This document shows positions 28,921 through 41,526 of a stretch of DNA of 64,000 bases, piece after piece; within the stretch, counting starts at the first letter, position 1, and every line of letters starts with the position of its first letter. This DNA comes from Cyanophora paradoxa CCMP329 (Eukaryota; Plantae; Glaucophyta): NCBI GenBank assembly GCA_004431415.1, contig QPMI01000220.1, positions 1-64,000 on the forward strand, read 5' to 3'. The notes beneath the pieces are model-generated. The model was given only the letters and a program-made list of their open reading frames with translations, had not been told where the DNA came from and did no database searches. The position numbers were made by a program, and so were the translations under genes.

Positions 28921-29478
28921 GTGCGCCGCGGTGCGCGGCGCTGGCCGCGCTGCGCGCTGCGGTGCTAGCCTAGTAGTTACCAACTGGCAAGTTACGTTAC
29001 TTACGTAATATACGTAGCGGCGGTGGCGCTGCTGCGCGGGGATCGAGTCGGTTCATGTCGCGTGCGTCGACGAACGCGCACGTCGACGTGCGCGACTGTG
29101 CACAGTGTGCAGTGTGCAGTGTGCACTGTGCACGTGCACGTGCAGACTGTGTAGTGTCACCTCCGTGGCACTGACTCACCAGTGTGCACACTGCACAGTG
29201 CACTGTCTCAGTGTGTGCAGACTCTGAGACAGTGCAGTGTGCACGTGCGCATGCATGGACGCGTACGGCGGACCGCCAAGGTCCGCCATATGCATGGCCA
29301 GGACCGGATTTTGGAGGTCCGGTCCCATCCGGCCTCCGGAACCCGGGATCCGATCCGCCGGGAGCGGCTTTTCGTTCTATATATATAGCTATAGCTACAG
29401 CCTACAGCTATGTTAACGCGCTGCAGCCTGCAGGCCGCGCGCGCGCATGCAGGCGCCGGCTTCGCGCGGCGCACCGTG

Positions 29479-29902
29479 CGCGGCTGTCAAAATTTTACCC
29501 CCCCAAAATGGACCAGAAAATTTTGAGGAATATTCCCGGAACGTTCCCGGAATATTCCACCATACAAAGTCCTGGAAAATTCTCAATACCATGCGTTGCG
29601 CACCGCAGACACACGTTCGAAGCTACAAAGCACTAAGATAACATCACAATAAGCATTCTGAAAGACAATATACAGCCTTTTGGAGCTTGGAGACGGATAT
29701 GCAAAGCCCATAGTGGGGTCGGACTCCGGGAATGGGGGGGAGGGGGCGCAGAAAAGGGATGAAAATGAATAAAATAATGATTAAATTATATTCAATTTCC
29801 TAAAATTTTCCCCCTGCAAATGGGATCGACCCGAAAATTTTCCCAAAATTTTCTAATATTCCGGGAACGTTCCAGGCTGGAATATTCCGGCTGACAGCCC
29901 TG
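29479..29902. mobile_element. Degenerate hAT-like MITE
   Basis: Right end TGACAGCCCTG vs left CGCGGCTGTCA; both ends share GGAACGTTCC and GGAATATTCC subterminal motifs; no intact TSD. Confidence 0.4.
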
Positions 29903-30725
29903 CCGGCGCCGGCCGCGGGTCACCGGGTCCGCGGCGCGGCCATCCTATATGTAATGCATATGATCAGGGATTGGAGACCTGGCCGCCTATAGCCGCTGAG
30001 CTGCAATATTAATATTAATATTAATGGGGACTGTGGGGAGGACTCCGGGAGGGAGGGGCCCGAGCTCGATCGCGAGGACCCCGGGCCCGCGGCCGGGCCC
30101 GATCGCGAGGGGCAGTTCATGATCATGTCCGAAGATCATGATCAGGCCGCGGCCGGCTCCTAGGGGGCAGCTGCAGTAGCAGTCAGTCGCCGCGTGGGGC
30201 CGTCGGCCCGCCGTGGGGTCCGACGGTCGCCGGCGCGCGGTTCATCCTTGATGCAACGATTAACATTGATATAATTACGTTAAAAGTTCCGAGTTCGACG
30301 CGTACGACCGTACTACGACGCCGTGACGAATTCGAATAATGTTCGACGGATCATGATCATGATCATGAGCCTCGAAGGTATTTACGCGTACGTTTACGTA
30401 GCGCAAAAGTTTTCGCGTCATGGTCAGTGACAGATCTAGAGCCCGGCGGCCGACTCAGCGTGCAATGCGGGATCCGGAGTCTGCCGCAGTACCGTAGTAC
30501 TAGTGCGGCATTCGAACCATATGCACTGTCACAGTGTGCATGTCGCGATCGGGCGGCTTGCAATTAAGCGTCATATATCCTTCTCCGGCCGCGCCGCGGC
30601 GCGGTAATTATAACCGTTTCGACATGTGTACAGTTGCAGGTCAAGCGTTAAGCTGAAGACAGACGCTCCAATGCGCGAATTCGAAATTCCACTAGTACTG
30701 CGCGATCGCGATCAGGCGGCGGAGG

Positions 30726-31875
30726 ATTCCCTCGGGGGGGTACGGGGTTGCGAGGGCCGCCTTGGCGGCGCCCTCGTGCGCCCCGCGGGGGACAGTGCGT
30801 AGCAGCTTCGTCTTCTGCAGCCTGCTGGCGTTCCGGCAAGCCCGGGAACATCGCGCCCGCTGGCAGCTAGCGCAATCTCGGGAAGGATCGATAGCCGCGC
30901 CCGGCGGGTCTGGCGCCGATCTGGGCTCGTCCTGGATCGTGCGCCGTGCGCGTAAGGACGCCCCGGGCGCGGCGGATCCCCCGCGTGCACGCAGGTTGCT
31001 CTTCGGTCGCACCATCCAACAGCGTCCAGCAGAGTAGAAGGCTGCAGAGCCGAAGCGAGTAGGATCGCCTTAGTCGCCAGCTGACGCCAGCCTCACCGCC
31101 GCCTGCTGCGCGGGGGCCCGTCGCGCCATCCGGCGCTTTCCCAGTTCGCGTCACCAACCCCTCCCGGCGCGCGGTTCCTCCTCTCCGCATCGCCTCCGGG
31201 TTCTTGTCCCTTGGCGGCCCGTGCTTCTCTTCCCCTCCGCGGGCACCCGGGGCGCTCGCAGGCGGATCGGAGACGGCAACATCCGGCGCGGCTCGCGGCG
31301 GCCTGGGGCGCGGTCTCGGCGGCGGCGCATCGATCCTCACGTACTGCGGCGGGAGCTCGAGGATGAGGGACTCCGGCGCGCGGTGGCGGCTCGCTCCTGG
31401 CAAACCGCTCCAGCGGCGGCCCCTCGTGGGTCGCCGCGGGCGGAGTTGGGGCGAAGCACGCCACCCGCAGTCGCCCTCCTTTCTCTTTCTCTCGCCCTAG
31501 ATATAGAAGTAGGAGTAGGCGACACGCGCGACGCTACGTTTTCTTTTTCATCGCCGCCTTACTCTGAGGTTGGGTTTCTTCGCAGATCCTTTCCTGCTTC
31601 CTGACTCCCTTTAGAGGGATGTGCTCTTATGCATCCTGTTGTAGGCTGTTCGCTGGATAGGCAGGCTATCGGAAAACGAGAAACCTTGCTCGCGCAGTCT
31701 ATTGACAGGACTCTCTTAGGGTGGGCTCATGGCCAGCTGTTTTGCTACTTTCTACTTCGTAGCGAGGCAGACTGGTAAACTTCGGTTTAGGTAGATTCGA
31801 CTTGTCTACTTTCGGAAGGGCCCGATAGATTGATGTGGTAGTGCCGTCAATATATCGTCATTTTTGCAAAAAAAA
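30726..31875 (+). mobile_element. Poly(A)-tailed non-LTR retroposon insertion (5'-truncated LINE, SINE or retrocopy)
   Basis: Exact 18-bp direct repeat GCGATCAGGCGGCGGAGG at 30708-30725 and 31876-31893; the second copy is immediately preceded by A8 (31868-31875). Confidence 0.8.
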
Positions 31876-33980
31876 GCGATCAGGCGGCGGAGGTGAACTT
31901 GATTCAGATAATTATAAGAGTTAACGTTGCCGGCGCCCAATTGCAAGCTGCAATTTGGCGGAAGTCAGCGCGGCGGCGAAAGTTGAAGCCGTGGAAAGCA
32001 AAAGTCGACGTCAGGGACACGTTCAGCAGCTGCCGCATGCGCAGTGCAGCTGCATGCTGCACGCCTACGCAGCACTGCGGCACGCCGACGCGGACGCCGC
32101 TGCACGAGTATTTTTCGCTGCGCATGCGCATGCTCTGCGGCATGTTATGATATCGATGCGCATGCACATGCGCACGCGTACGTTTGAAGTCGACTCTCAA
32201 TTATTGCGATAGTGTGTCTGATCGCGGCCCGACCCGCATATGCATGCGCAGCGCTAGCGCACGTCACGGCGTGCGGGACCGAAATTGTGCGGCGGGCGGG
32301 GCCCGGGGCCAGCCCCGCGAAAACCCAGCTGCAGGGCCCCCGCGCCGGCGCCTGCATATTCATGTAGCTAGCGCGACAGATAACCGTTGGTCATGATCAT
32401 GGCATGAGCATTAATAAAGGGCCACTGACTTGCCGCGCGCGTCAGTTGGGTCCGGGGAAGGGCATTTAACCTCGGCGAATCCAAGATCTAGATGCAGAGG
32501 GCAGCTGCAGGGACTTATATAATTAAGCTTAAGCTTAAGAAGGCGCGCGCGCGGTGGCCAGCTGCAGGCGAGCCGCCGGGCCGGCTCCGGCCGAGGCTGG
32601 CCATGCCAGGCGAGCTCAGCGGCTGTCCTCGCGATCGAGGCGAGCTGTCCTCTTAGAGGTAGACCTCATGATCAGGGCCTAGCGAGCTAGCTATAGCTAT
32701 GTAAGGCGCGGGCCTTGGGAAGGGGAGGGAACCTTAAGCTTGTCTGGCCATATGCATGGACGTGCTCGAGCTCCTGCCAGGCTGCGCATGCCCCGCGGCC
32801 GTCGCGCGCGTGAGGCGTGGCGGGTGCACGAGTGCGCATGTGCTGCGGGTGCACGTGCGTCCCGGCGTGGCTATATATATAGCTAGGGGCTGGCCTAGGC
32901 CTCCGCGCGATCTGGGCGCGGGCGCGGGGACGCTGCTCAAGCTCACGTTCCGCTCAGAAAGCTGCGCAGCGGGCCAGCTCATGATCATGATCAGCGGCGC
33001 CGGCTGCAGCAGGCATGCGCATCGCGCGCGCGCGGGGCTCTGCGTCGCGCGGCGCGCGCGCCGCGCGGCCGCGGGCGTCGGCTTGTTGCAAGTGGCATAG
33101 CCGGCCAAGTGCGGTCGGCTTGCGGCCGGCTTGTGCAATTGCGTCGGGGCGCGGTTGGCGCGGGTGAAGCGTGCGCGGCTGGCGCGGCTAGCCGCTGAGC
33201 CACAGCAAACTGCCGCGCGCGCGAGAGGCGTAACCATTGTTGAGCCGATCGAGCCGAGCTGCGGCGCCCGGGGGAGAAAGCGTGGGGGGAGAAAGTGGCC
33301 GGGGGAGACCGTAAAAAGACTTTTGCAGGGTAAGTTAACGCACTCTCCAATGTGATTGGCTAGCGCGCGCGGCGTCCTCCCACGCGACCGCGTTCGCGCC
33401 CGGCCTCGCTCTTGCAGTACGGAATGTCAAACATGATGCGCGCAACGACCTCGAACTGGTCTGGCCCGTATATCTGCTCTCTGTGCGTCGCTGGACCCAT
33501 TTTTGTCCCGGGTGTTGGTGCCTGTTCCTGGATCACCCTTTGGTCGGACGGAACCGGGAGACATGGTTTCGGGGTCCCCTGGGGATGCGCTTTCAGGATG
33601 TACCGCGCGGCCCCGGTTTTGCGGAGGTCGGGGAAATGGGATTTGGGTTAGGGTTGGCCAGTGGGCCCAAGGGACAGGGACAGGGGAAGTGTTTTACCCT
33701 TCCCCAATATTGATGCCTATAATGTTCATGATCAGCGGTTAGTGCTTGGCAACTTTTCTCATGAAAATTTACCTAGGCCTGCAAATCTAAATGAAACAGC
33801 AGCCTGAGCGCTATAGTTACTACGTGCACGTGTATACGTACTTAGCAAGGGCTAGTTACTCGCGCAATTCAATGATTGCAAGGTCTGCTACGTATATACG
33901 TATATATACTTAGCTCGCGCACTGCCAGCTTACGCCCGCGGCCGGCCGCCGGGCCGGCGCGGCGCCGGCGCCATGCCAGC

Positions 33981-34467
33981 GCTAGCGCTAGCTGAACTTC
34001 TTGAGCTTCGAATTCACTGCCAGGCTTCATGATCAGCAGCTGATCATTACTCAGTAAAGGGCTTCATCGAATTCAGCAGCTCAGCGCTAGCGGCTGATCA
34101 TGATCATGAAGGGCTTCTTGAGTCTTGCAAATTGCAATTGCCATGATCATGATCAAGCCTTGAAGCTTCAAACTTGAAAGGCTCAAGCTTTAAGTCAACA
34201 GGAGTCTAGGGGCCGGGCGGGGCGGCTAAACTGTGTGGCGGGCGGGGGCCGGCGCCAGCCGCTGAGCCCCGCGGAAACCCTATATAGCTAGCGGAAGCTA
34301 GCGCGCGCTAGCTGATGAATTCGAACTTCTTGAGCTTCCGAAGTTCAGCAGCTGAAGGGCTCGGGGCTTCTTCAGCTGCAGCAGCTCAGCTGCAGCGGCT
34401 GATCATGATCATGAAGGGCTCGTGCGCATGACATGCTCATGATCAAGCTTTAAGCTTAAGTCAACAG
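33981..34467. repeat. Diverged direct duplication (~33981-34201 and ~34297-34467)
   Basis: Colinear shared blocks GCTAGCTGA, ACTTCTTGAGCTT, CAGCAGCTCAGC, GCGGCTGATCATGATCATGAAGGGCT, TAAGTCAACAG. Confidence 0.75.
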
Positions 34468-34766
34468 ACTGGACCGTCGGACACACGTGCACAGACTGAC
34501 ACAGTGGACATGTACAGTCTGGAGTCTGGACTCTGGAGTCTGGACTACCGTAGTACGGCGCGCGCAGCGCCGCGCATATGCATGCAAATTTGAAAGATCG
34601 AAAGGGTGACGATCGCGATCTGCGATGAATAATTGAATGGCCCACGATTTCGAACGAGTTCGATCGCCAGTCGTGAGTGCGCCGAAAAAAAGCACTGCTG
34701 TCTGCAGCCGGGGTACGCGAATTAGCGAATAGGAGAAGTCCAGCCGGCACACCGCCCGCGAGGACG

Positions 34767-36994
34767 ATGGCCCAGGCGGGCGCGGAAACCCGTCGTCCCA
34801 TGGAGCCTGTGGTGCGATCCGCGGCTGGGTCCGCCGAACGACCGCCGTCACGACGTGTTTACGCGGCAACCCTCGCAGATCGCACGCGTCGAGGAGGCCA
34901 CCGTGACCATCCAGGATTGCGAGGACGATGGTTCGACGACCTCGTCGTCGCGGCAGCAGCGCTTTTCGGTCGAGTTCATCCGGATTCCCGCGCCAGTCCC
35001 CGTGCAGCCTCGGAGATCAGTGTCGAGCGACCAGCAAGGCCAAGACTGGCAGGGTATAGCTCGTGCAGCGGCGCTCGCACGGGCGATTGAACAACAGCGC
35101 CAGACGCAGAAGGACTCCAAGGCGGCCGAGTCTTCGAGCAGCGCTGCGGCCCCGTCTGCCCCGCAGCCGCCCGGCGTCCCTCAGAATGATCTTCCCAGCG
35201 CGGCATCCATCGGGTCGGATCCGCGCTTCTCGTACAGCGCGATCTTCGACCCTCGGATGTCGCTCAACTTCGAGAACTTCGCCCCGCGGTTCTCATTCGC
35301 GCGGCAGTCCTTCGATCTGCCGCGCTTCAGCGTTGAATTGGACGCGGTGCCGCGCGTTCTTCCCATCGAGCGGCTCGAGGAGATCACTCCAGGGCCGAGC
35401 GGCCTGCAGGAGCCCCTCCCGCCGCCATCCAGCATGCTCCAGCCCCCCGCTCCGCCCGCCGGAGCCGCCGGGCAGCAGTCGGAGGAGGACGAGGATTTCG
35501 AAGACGAGTCGACGGTTCTCGTTCCCGTCGTCGCCGTCTTCCACCCGATCAGCAAGGGCGCGGACGGCGGCGCGCTGCCGGCCGCACCCTCCTCCTCGGC
35601 GCCGGGGCCCGAGCCGTCAGTGGAGGATCGGCAGCGGGCGTACGGGCAGCGCGGGTCGCGCTACAGCGTGGAGGCGCGCACGATCGAGGCGCTTCTGGAA
35701 ACGACGCAGGGGCGCGCCGGCGACGGGCCCGAGGCCGGGGACGCCGAGGAGGAGGAGGAGCGCGAGGAGGGCGGCGACGAGGAGGAGGGCGACGGCGACG
35801 GCGACGGCGAGGCGGATGGCGACGCCGGCGTTGCCGACGCGGTGCCCGCGAAGACCGGTGCGCCCCGCGCCGCGCCGCGCCGATCCGGCGACTCGCGGCG
35901 CCGACCCGCGCGTGGCAGAGGCGATGGAGGCTCCATCTGGCAAGGGCAACGACTCGTCGGGGGACGGAGGGGAGGACGCGGTGATCCGGCCCCGCGAGAA
36001 GCGCCTGCCGCGGCCCCAGAACGTGCGGCCCGCCCCCTTGGCGCGCGCCGGCCCGGCGGCCCACCCCGGCACCGCCGCGCCGAACAGGCCTTCATCATCT
36101 TCTCGAACATGCGGCGCCCGATCCTGCACGAGAAGGTGCGCCCCCGCGCCGCGCCGCGCCTCGCCCCGCGCCGCCGCCGCCCCCGCCCCCGACGGCGGCG
36201 GCTGCAGTACGGCTTCAGCATATCGAACGTGGACATTTCGCGCATGATCGGCGTCGAGTGGTGCGGCCGCCCCGCCCCGCACCGCCGCCCGCCCCCGCCC
36301 CCGCCGCCTCGCCCTGCCTGAGCGGGGGGCGGGCGGGGCAGGAAGAAGATGGGCCCCGCGGAGCGCGAGCCGTACTTCAAGGAGGCCGAGCGCGAGCGGC
36401 AGCGCTTTATGGAGGAGCACCCCGGTGCGCCGGGCCCGCAGGGGCGCCACCCCGCCCCCGCCGCCCCCGCCGCCGCCGCCGCCGCCGGCCGACGACCCCG
36501 CGCAGACTACAAGTACACGCGCCGTCCCAACCGCAAGAAGCGCAAGCTGAACGCGTCCGAGGAGGCCGCCGCCGCCGCCGCCCTCCACGGTCCGTCCGCC
36601 GTGCCGCCGGGCATGCCCGCGGGGCGGCGCCGCCGGCTGACGCGCTCGGGCGCCGGCGCAGCGGCCGAGAAGACAGCCTCGCGCCGCAAGAAGGCCGCGC
36701 AGCCGCCGCCGGCCGCCGGATCCATCCCGATCTACCCCCTCGGCGAGCGCCACGACGGTGCGCCCCCCGCCCCGTACCCCCCGGCCTCGAATCGATCGCC
36801 GTACCCCCAGGGTCGTTCTACGGCATCTTCCTGGAGCAGGTGCCGGCGGCGCAGGCGCAGGCGCAGCAGGCGGGCGCTCCCGGGGGCTACCTCATGCTGG
36901 ACGCCGTGGCCCCGGGCGGGGCGGCCGGCCAGGCGCAGCCCGCCGAGGCCGGCACGCGCTCCAGGAAGCGCAAGTCCGCAGCCTCGGCGAAGGA

Positions 36995-37026
<32 letters not shown>

Positions 37027-37455
37027 GGGGGCGGCGGGGCCCGGCGGGGCGGCGGGGGCGGCGGGGGCGGCGACGCAGGGGCCGCAGGCGCGGGGCGCGA
37101 ACCTGCCGCCGGGGGTGGCGGAGAACCTGCAGGGAGGCGCCCCCGGGCTCCCCGCCCTCTCCAACCCGGGCTCCGTCACCCTCGACCAGATCGTCGCCTC
37201 CCTCCAGGTACCCCCCGCGCTTCTGCCCCTGCCTCGGCCCCGTTTCACCGCGTACCCCCGCAGGTCCTGGAGCCCGGGGCACCGGCCGGCCCGGGGCCGC
37301 GCGTCCACCCCGCTGAGCTCCTCCCGAGGGCGCGCCCCGCCCCGCCCACGTCTTTCCGTCCGGGGGTACAGGCGCCGGCGCTGACGACGGGGACGCAGAT
37401 ATGGGGCCACCTCTCGTTCATCCTGGGCAAACTCTTCCCGGCGCAGCCGCAGTGA
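34767..37455 (+). CDS. Single HMG-box transcription factor (SOX/TCF/MATA class)
   Basis: Spliced: RLPRPQNAFIIFSNMRRPILHEKYGFSISNVDISRMIGVEWKKMGPAEREPYFKEAERERQRFMEEHPDYKYTRRPNRKKRK, flanked by acidic and Pro/Ala-rich regions. Confidence 0.88.
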
Positions 37456-37971
37456 GCCTCACGGCCCGCGGCGACAGTAAGCAGCAGGCGAGCCTCCCCC
37501 CCCCCGCCCCCCCCTCCCCCCCCCCCCCCCCCCTCCCCGCTGCAGAATTTGATGCGCGCCGGCAGGCACTAGGCGATGCACATACCCTAAGGCCTAGGCA
37601 AGCTGACAGGATTTTCATATCATAAGTACGTAATCGTACACTGAGAAGACCTCGTGCGACGCCCGCTCCGAGGGCGGCGTTGGCCCCAGGGCACAATGCG
37701 CCAGCCAGCCAAAGCCTTTCTTGGCTGGAGAGACATTCACGATCGCTATGCAGTTCCAGCTTAATTCATTGTGTTCCTGTGTTTCCATTTAACAAATACA
37801 AGAAGAGAGCTCTACTAAATTCAAGGCCTACGCGTACAGTGGGTGGAAAGCGAGCAAAGAGTACAAGTACAAACAAAAAAATCATTAGGGGCTGCAGGGC
37901 GGCGGGCCCGGAAGATGGGGCGCTGTGGCCGAAGTTGGCGCGAGGCGGAGGGCGCGGCGGGGTACACGGCT

Positions 37972-39073
37972 CTACGCCTTGCTGGCGTTGTCGGCGGCGG
38001 AGGCGCCGCGGGTGACGATCTCCTTGAAGCGCTCGAGGTCGGACCGCAGGGTCGACTCCACGAGGCGCCCGATGATCATCCGGTCCACCACCTCGCCGAT
38101 CCGCCCTGCGCATGCCGACGCGAGGCGGGGGTGAGCGGGGCGCCTCGGAGTCGAGCTTCAGGGGCGAGCGGCGCGGCGCACCGGGGATGTCGTACTCGAC
38201 GGACATGCGGACGAGGACGCGCTCGACGCCGTCCTGCGTGCGGTCGATGAAGCGGATCGCGCCCTTGTTCGGCAGCCCGTCCTGCGCCAGCGCGCCCCGC
38301 CGTCAGCCCGCCGCAGGCGCGGCGCACAGGCGACACGTACCACCGCCTCCCAGCGGATGATCTGCGGCAGAGGCGCGCGCGGCGGTGAGGGCAGGCGGGG
38401 AGACGGGTGGACCGCAGTCAGGCACCTCGTTCTTCTTGACCTCGGTGTTACGCGCAAGCCAAGAGACGGAGAATCCTTTCGATGTGATGGTCCAGCGGCT
38501 CGTTTTCTCGTCCACAACCTGCTGTCGTGTCGGAACGGCGAGACGGCGAGACTCGCATCGCACTGACCTCTACCGACTTCAACCACGGCGACCTGCAAAA
38601 CCGGGCGGTCAGACGGCGAGCTTTCGTGCTTCAATGCGCACGAACCACATCGGCATCCGCTCTAGGTCGCTGCGTGGGCGAGAAAGGTCAGGGAGACGGG
38701 GGCACACGAGCCGCGCGCAGGGGCGGCGGCGGCACCTGTACAGATCGAACGCCTTCTCTATTGGCACATCAATCTCCACCGATACTGAGTGCTCGATGGC
38801 GGCGGCACGGGGCTGTGTCGGCACGGAGACCGGTGTGGCGGTATGGAGCTCCCTCGACGGTCGAAGCCGTCGAGTCGCTGCAGCCGCGTGCTCTGATGTA
38901 CGTCCGACGAACCGCCGCACCCTGCGCTCGCCGTCCGCCGCGGTATCCGCGGCCGCCAACATCGGCCGTGCGCGTGCCGAGGCCGCGCAAGCAGATACAT
39001 GCTGGCCGTGGTTCAACGAGGTCCTCAAGTGGCCGGAAACGACCGGCGGGGCGGCCTGGAAGCTTGCGGTCAT
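37972..39073 (-). CDS. SRPBCC/START-fold polyketide cyclase-dehydrase family protein, putatively plastid-targeted
   Basis: IEHSVSVEIDVPIEKAFDLYSDLERMPMW...SRWTI...SWLARNTE...IIRWE...GLPNKGAIRF...LRSDLERFKE; N-terminal extension MTASFQAAPP... rich in Ala/Ser/Arg. Confidence 0.85.
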
Positions 39074-39341
39074 CGCGGGACAGGCCAGGAAGAAGCGCTT
39101 GGGGGGGTAGAAGGGTTGCGTCCAGTGGCAGCAGTTAGGCACTGGCGGGCGTTGCGATGTACACCGCTGGATACAACAACGCCGTCTACTCGCCGGGGCG
39201 CGAAAACTATCAGTATGGTTCGCCGGTCGCTGTCGGCGGTGGGGCGACGAGCCCGTTGATGCAGCCTTCGTATAGCGCGTCCCCAGTTCAGGTGCTGCCG
39301 GTACCAGTCGCCTCGCCACCTGGGGCGTTATAACCGACCGC

Positions 39342-41034
39342 ATGCAGCTTGACCCGCCTTCCGGTTCGACTTCCGCACGGCTCTCGACGCCCGGAGGCCG
39401 ACGCGGTGCGCTTGCATTCATTCGCTGCGCCTGTCGCGCAACAGAAGTCGCCCGCTTGGCGCCGGCGAGAGCCGCAGCGCCCGCCCGCTCCGCCGCTCAC
39501 ACCGAACTCGCAGAGACAAGGACATGGCTTGACCAGGTTCGGTTGTTCGTCAAAGTCGTCGAGGCGAGGTTCGTTCGAACGGCCGTCCCCGCGCGCGCGG
39601 CGGGCCCGAACCCGCCGCCGCAGGAATCTGCTCCGCGCAACGCCACGGGGCCCGCGCCGCAACCACGGCTACGTGTGAGCGCCCACAACCGCCGAGCACG
39701 CGCGTCCCGGACGGCTCTCTCTGATTCGAATCCGCGCAGCACGGTCACATACTCCGGCCAGGGTGCGCCGGCCCGCCCGCCCTCCGGCAGGGCCGGCAGC
39801 CGGCGCGCGGAGGCGAGCGAAGTGCGCGCGCGCATGCGCAGGGTACCAGACGAAGACGATCCGGAACAGCGAGACCCCGCGGTGGGAAAACACAGAGTTC
39901 CTCTTCATGATAACCGACCGAAACATATCCTTGAGAGCGCCCGCCGCCGCACCGCGCCCTGCCCCGCCAGGCTGCCTCGCCCGTCGCCCCGCCCCGCCCC
40001 GGGCCCGTGCCGCGCCCTTGACCCGCCGCGTGCTCACGACACGATCATTGAGGTGGAGCTGAGGAGCCAGCAGGGCGAGGCCCCCGACCGGTCCGACCCC
40101 ATACTCGGTCCGTCCCCGCCCCCCGCCGTCCCCGCCCCGCGACCCCGCACCGCTCACGGCGTGCGCCACTTCCATTTCCCTCCCCTCCTCCGGGGTACAG
40201 GCGTCATCAACCTGAACTTCTCGAACATGAAGTCGAACGAGGCGTACCGCTTCTGGTGCGCCCGGACAAACGACCACCGCCCACCCACCCCCGCCCATGC
40301 CCGACCGACGCGTACCCCCCCTCCCCCCCAGGTACGCGATGCAGCCGCCGAACGAGCCGCCGCGGGACCTCTCCTCTGAGGACATCTTCCTCGAGTGCGT
40401 CTACCCCCCTCCCCTCCCCTCCCCGGATGCCCAGCCGGCGCTTACCGCTCTGGGTTTAGGCTGTTCATCTTGGACGTCCCGCGCCTCGCGGAGGGCCAAA
40501 ACAGGTCCGCCTGGACCCGCGCGTTTCATCCGGTACCCCTCCGCCGAGCCGGGGCCGGGGCCGACGTCGAGCGCGCAGGAACTACGTCGATCGAATCCGG
40601 CAGCTCGAGGAGGAGAACAGGCAGCTCCTGCTGCAGGTCAGATCCCGCCTGGGGCAGAGCTTTTGGAAGGGTCGGGTTCGAATCCGGGCGGGGCGGCAGG
40701 CGGAGCAGGCGCGGCGGCAGAGCCCCGAGCAGTACGACGGGCTGGTCCACAAGCTCCGCGAGGAGATTGCCCTCCTCAAGACGCAGGTTCGAATACCCGG
40801 GGGGGCCCACTCGGGCTCGGATTCGGCGCCGCCCGCGGCCGACGCCCCGCGCAGGCCTTCGAGCAGCAGCGGCAACTGGCGGCGGCGGCGGCGGCGTCGC
40901 ACCTGGGGCCGCTCGGGCCTCAGTCCGCGCCGGCGGCCCCGGCGCAGCCGACGGGCCGCGTGAACGACCCGCGGAGCGCGGCGGCCTGCTGCCCCCTCGC
41001 CCGCGCCGGCACCGGCGACTGCCTCGTCTCCTAA
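39342..41034 (+). CDS. C2-domain protein with coiled coil and C-terminal CaaX motif
   Basis: LFVKVVEARNL...YQTKTIRNSETPRWENTEFLF...DPILGVINLNF...RFWYAMQ (C2); RIRQLEEENRQL and KLREEIALLK (coiled coil); ends ...ACC...GDCLVS*. Confidence 0.78.
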
Positions 41035-41526
41035 GCCCGAAGGGGCCTCTCCGCCCTCTCCCCTCCGGCTCTGCTTGAATTCTGTGTTTGCATGTAGTGC
41101 TTAGATTCCGCGCATTCGAATTTCTATGCATTCGCGCATCCATGTGGGCCAGCGCTTCCCGGGTCCTTGCCTTGCAATAGCTCATGAGCAGGGGTTCAGG
41201 GCACAAAGAAGCTTCAAGTTCTCAGGATGACACATTGTTGACATGCGCGCTTAATGTCTGGAGTGAAAACTACTGCAAGCTATAGCTAAAATTTAAGATA
41301 CTATCAAAACGCAGGACTGTGTGAGCAAATGTCGTTAAGCTACCTTTCAAACTAAGAGACTGCTCTATTCCGAATCGCATCGGACTCGCATAGTTCTGTC
41401 CATTGCCAGCCGCTGGCTCGGCACGGCTCCGCGAGAAAGAGAGAAAGAGAGAGTGACGAAAAAGCTGCGGGGCGGGAAGAAGATAGTGCCCAGGCCCGGC
41501 CGCGTCTCGAGATGCTCACAAACAAG

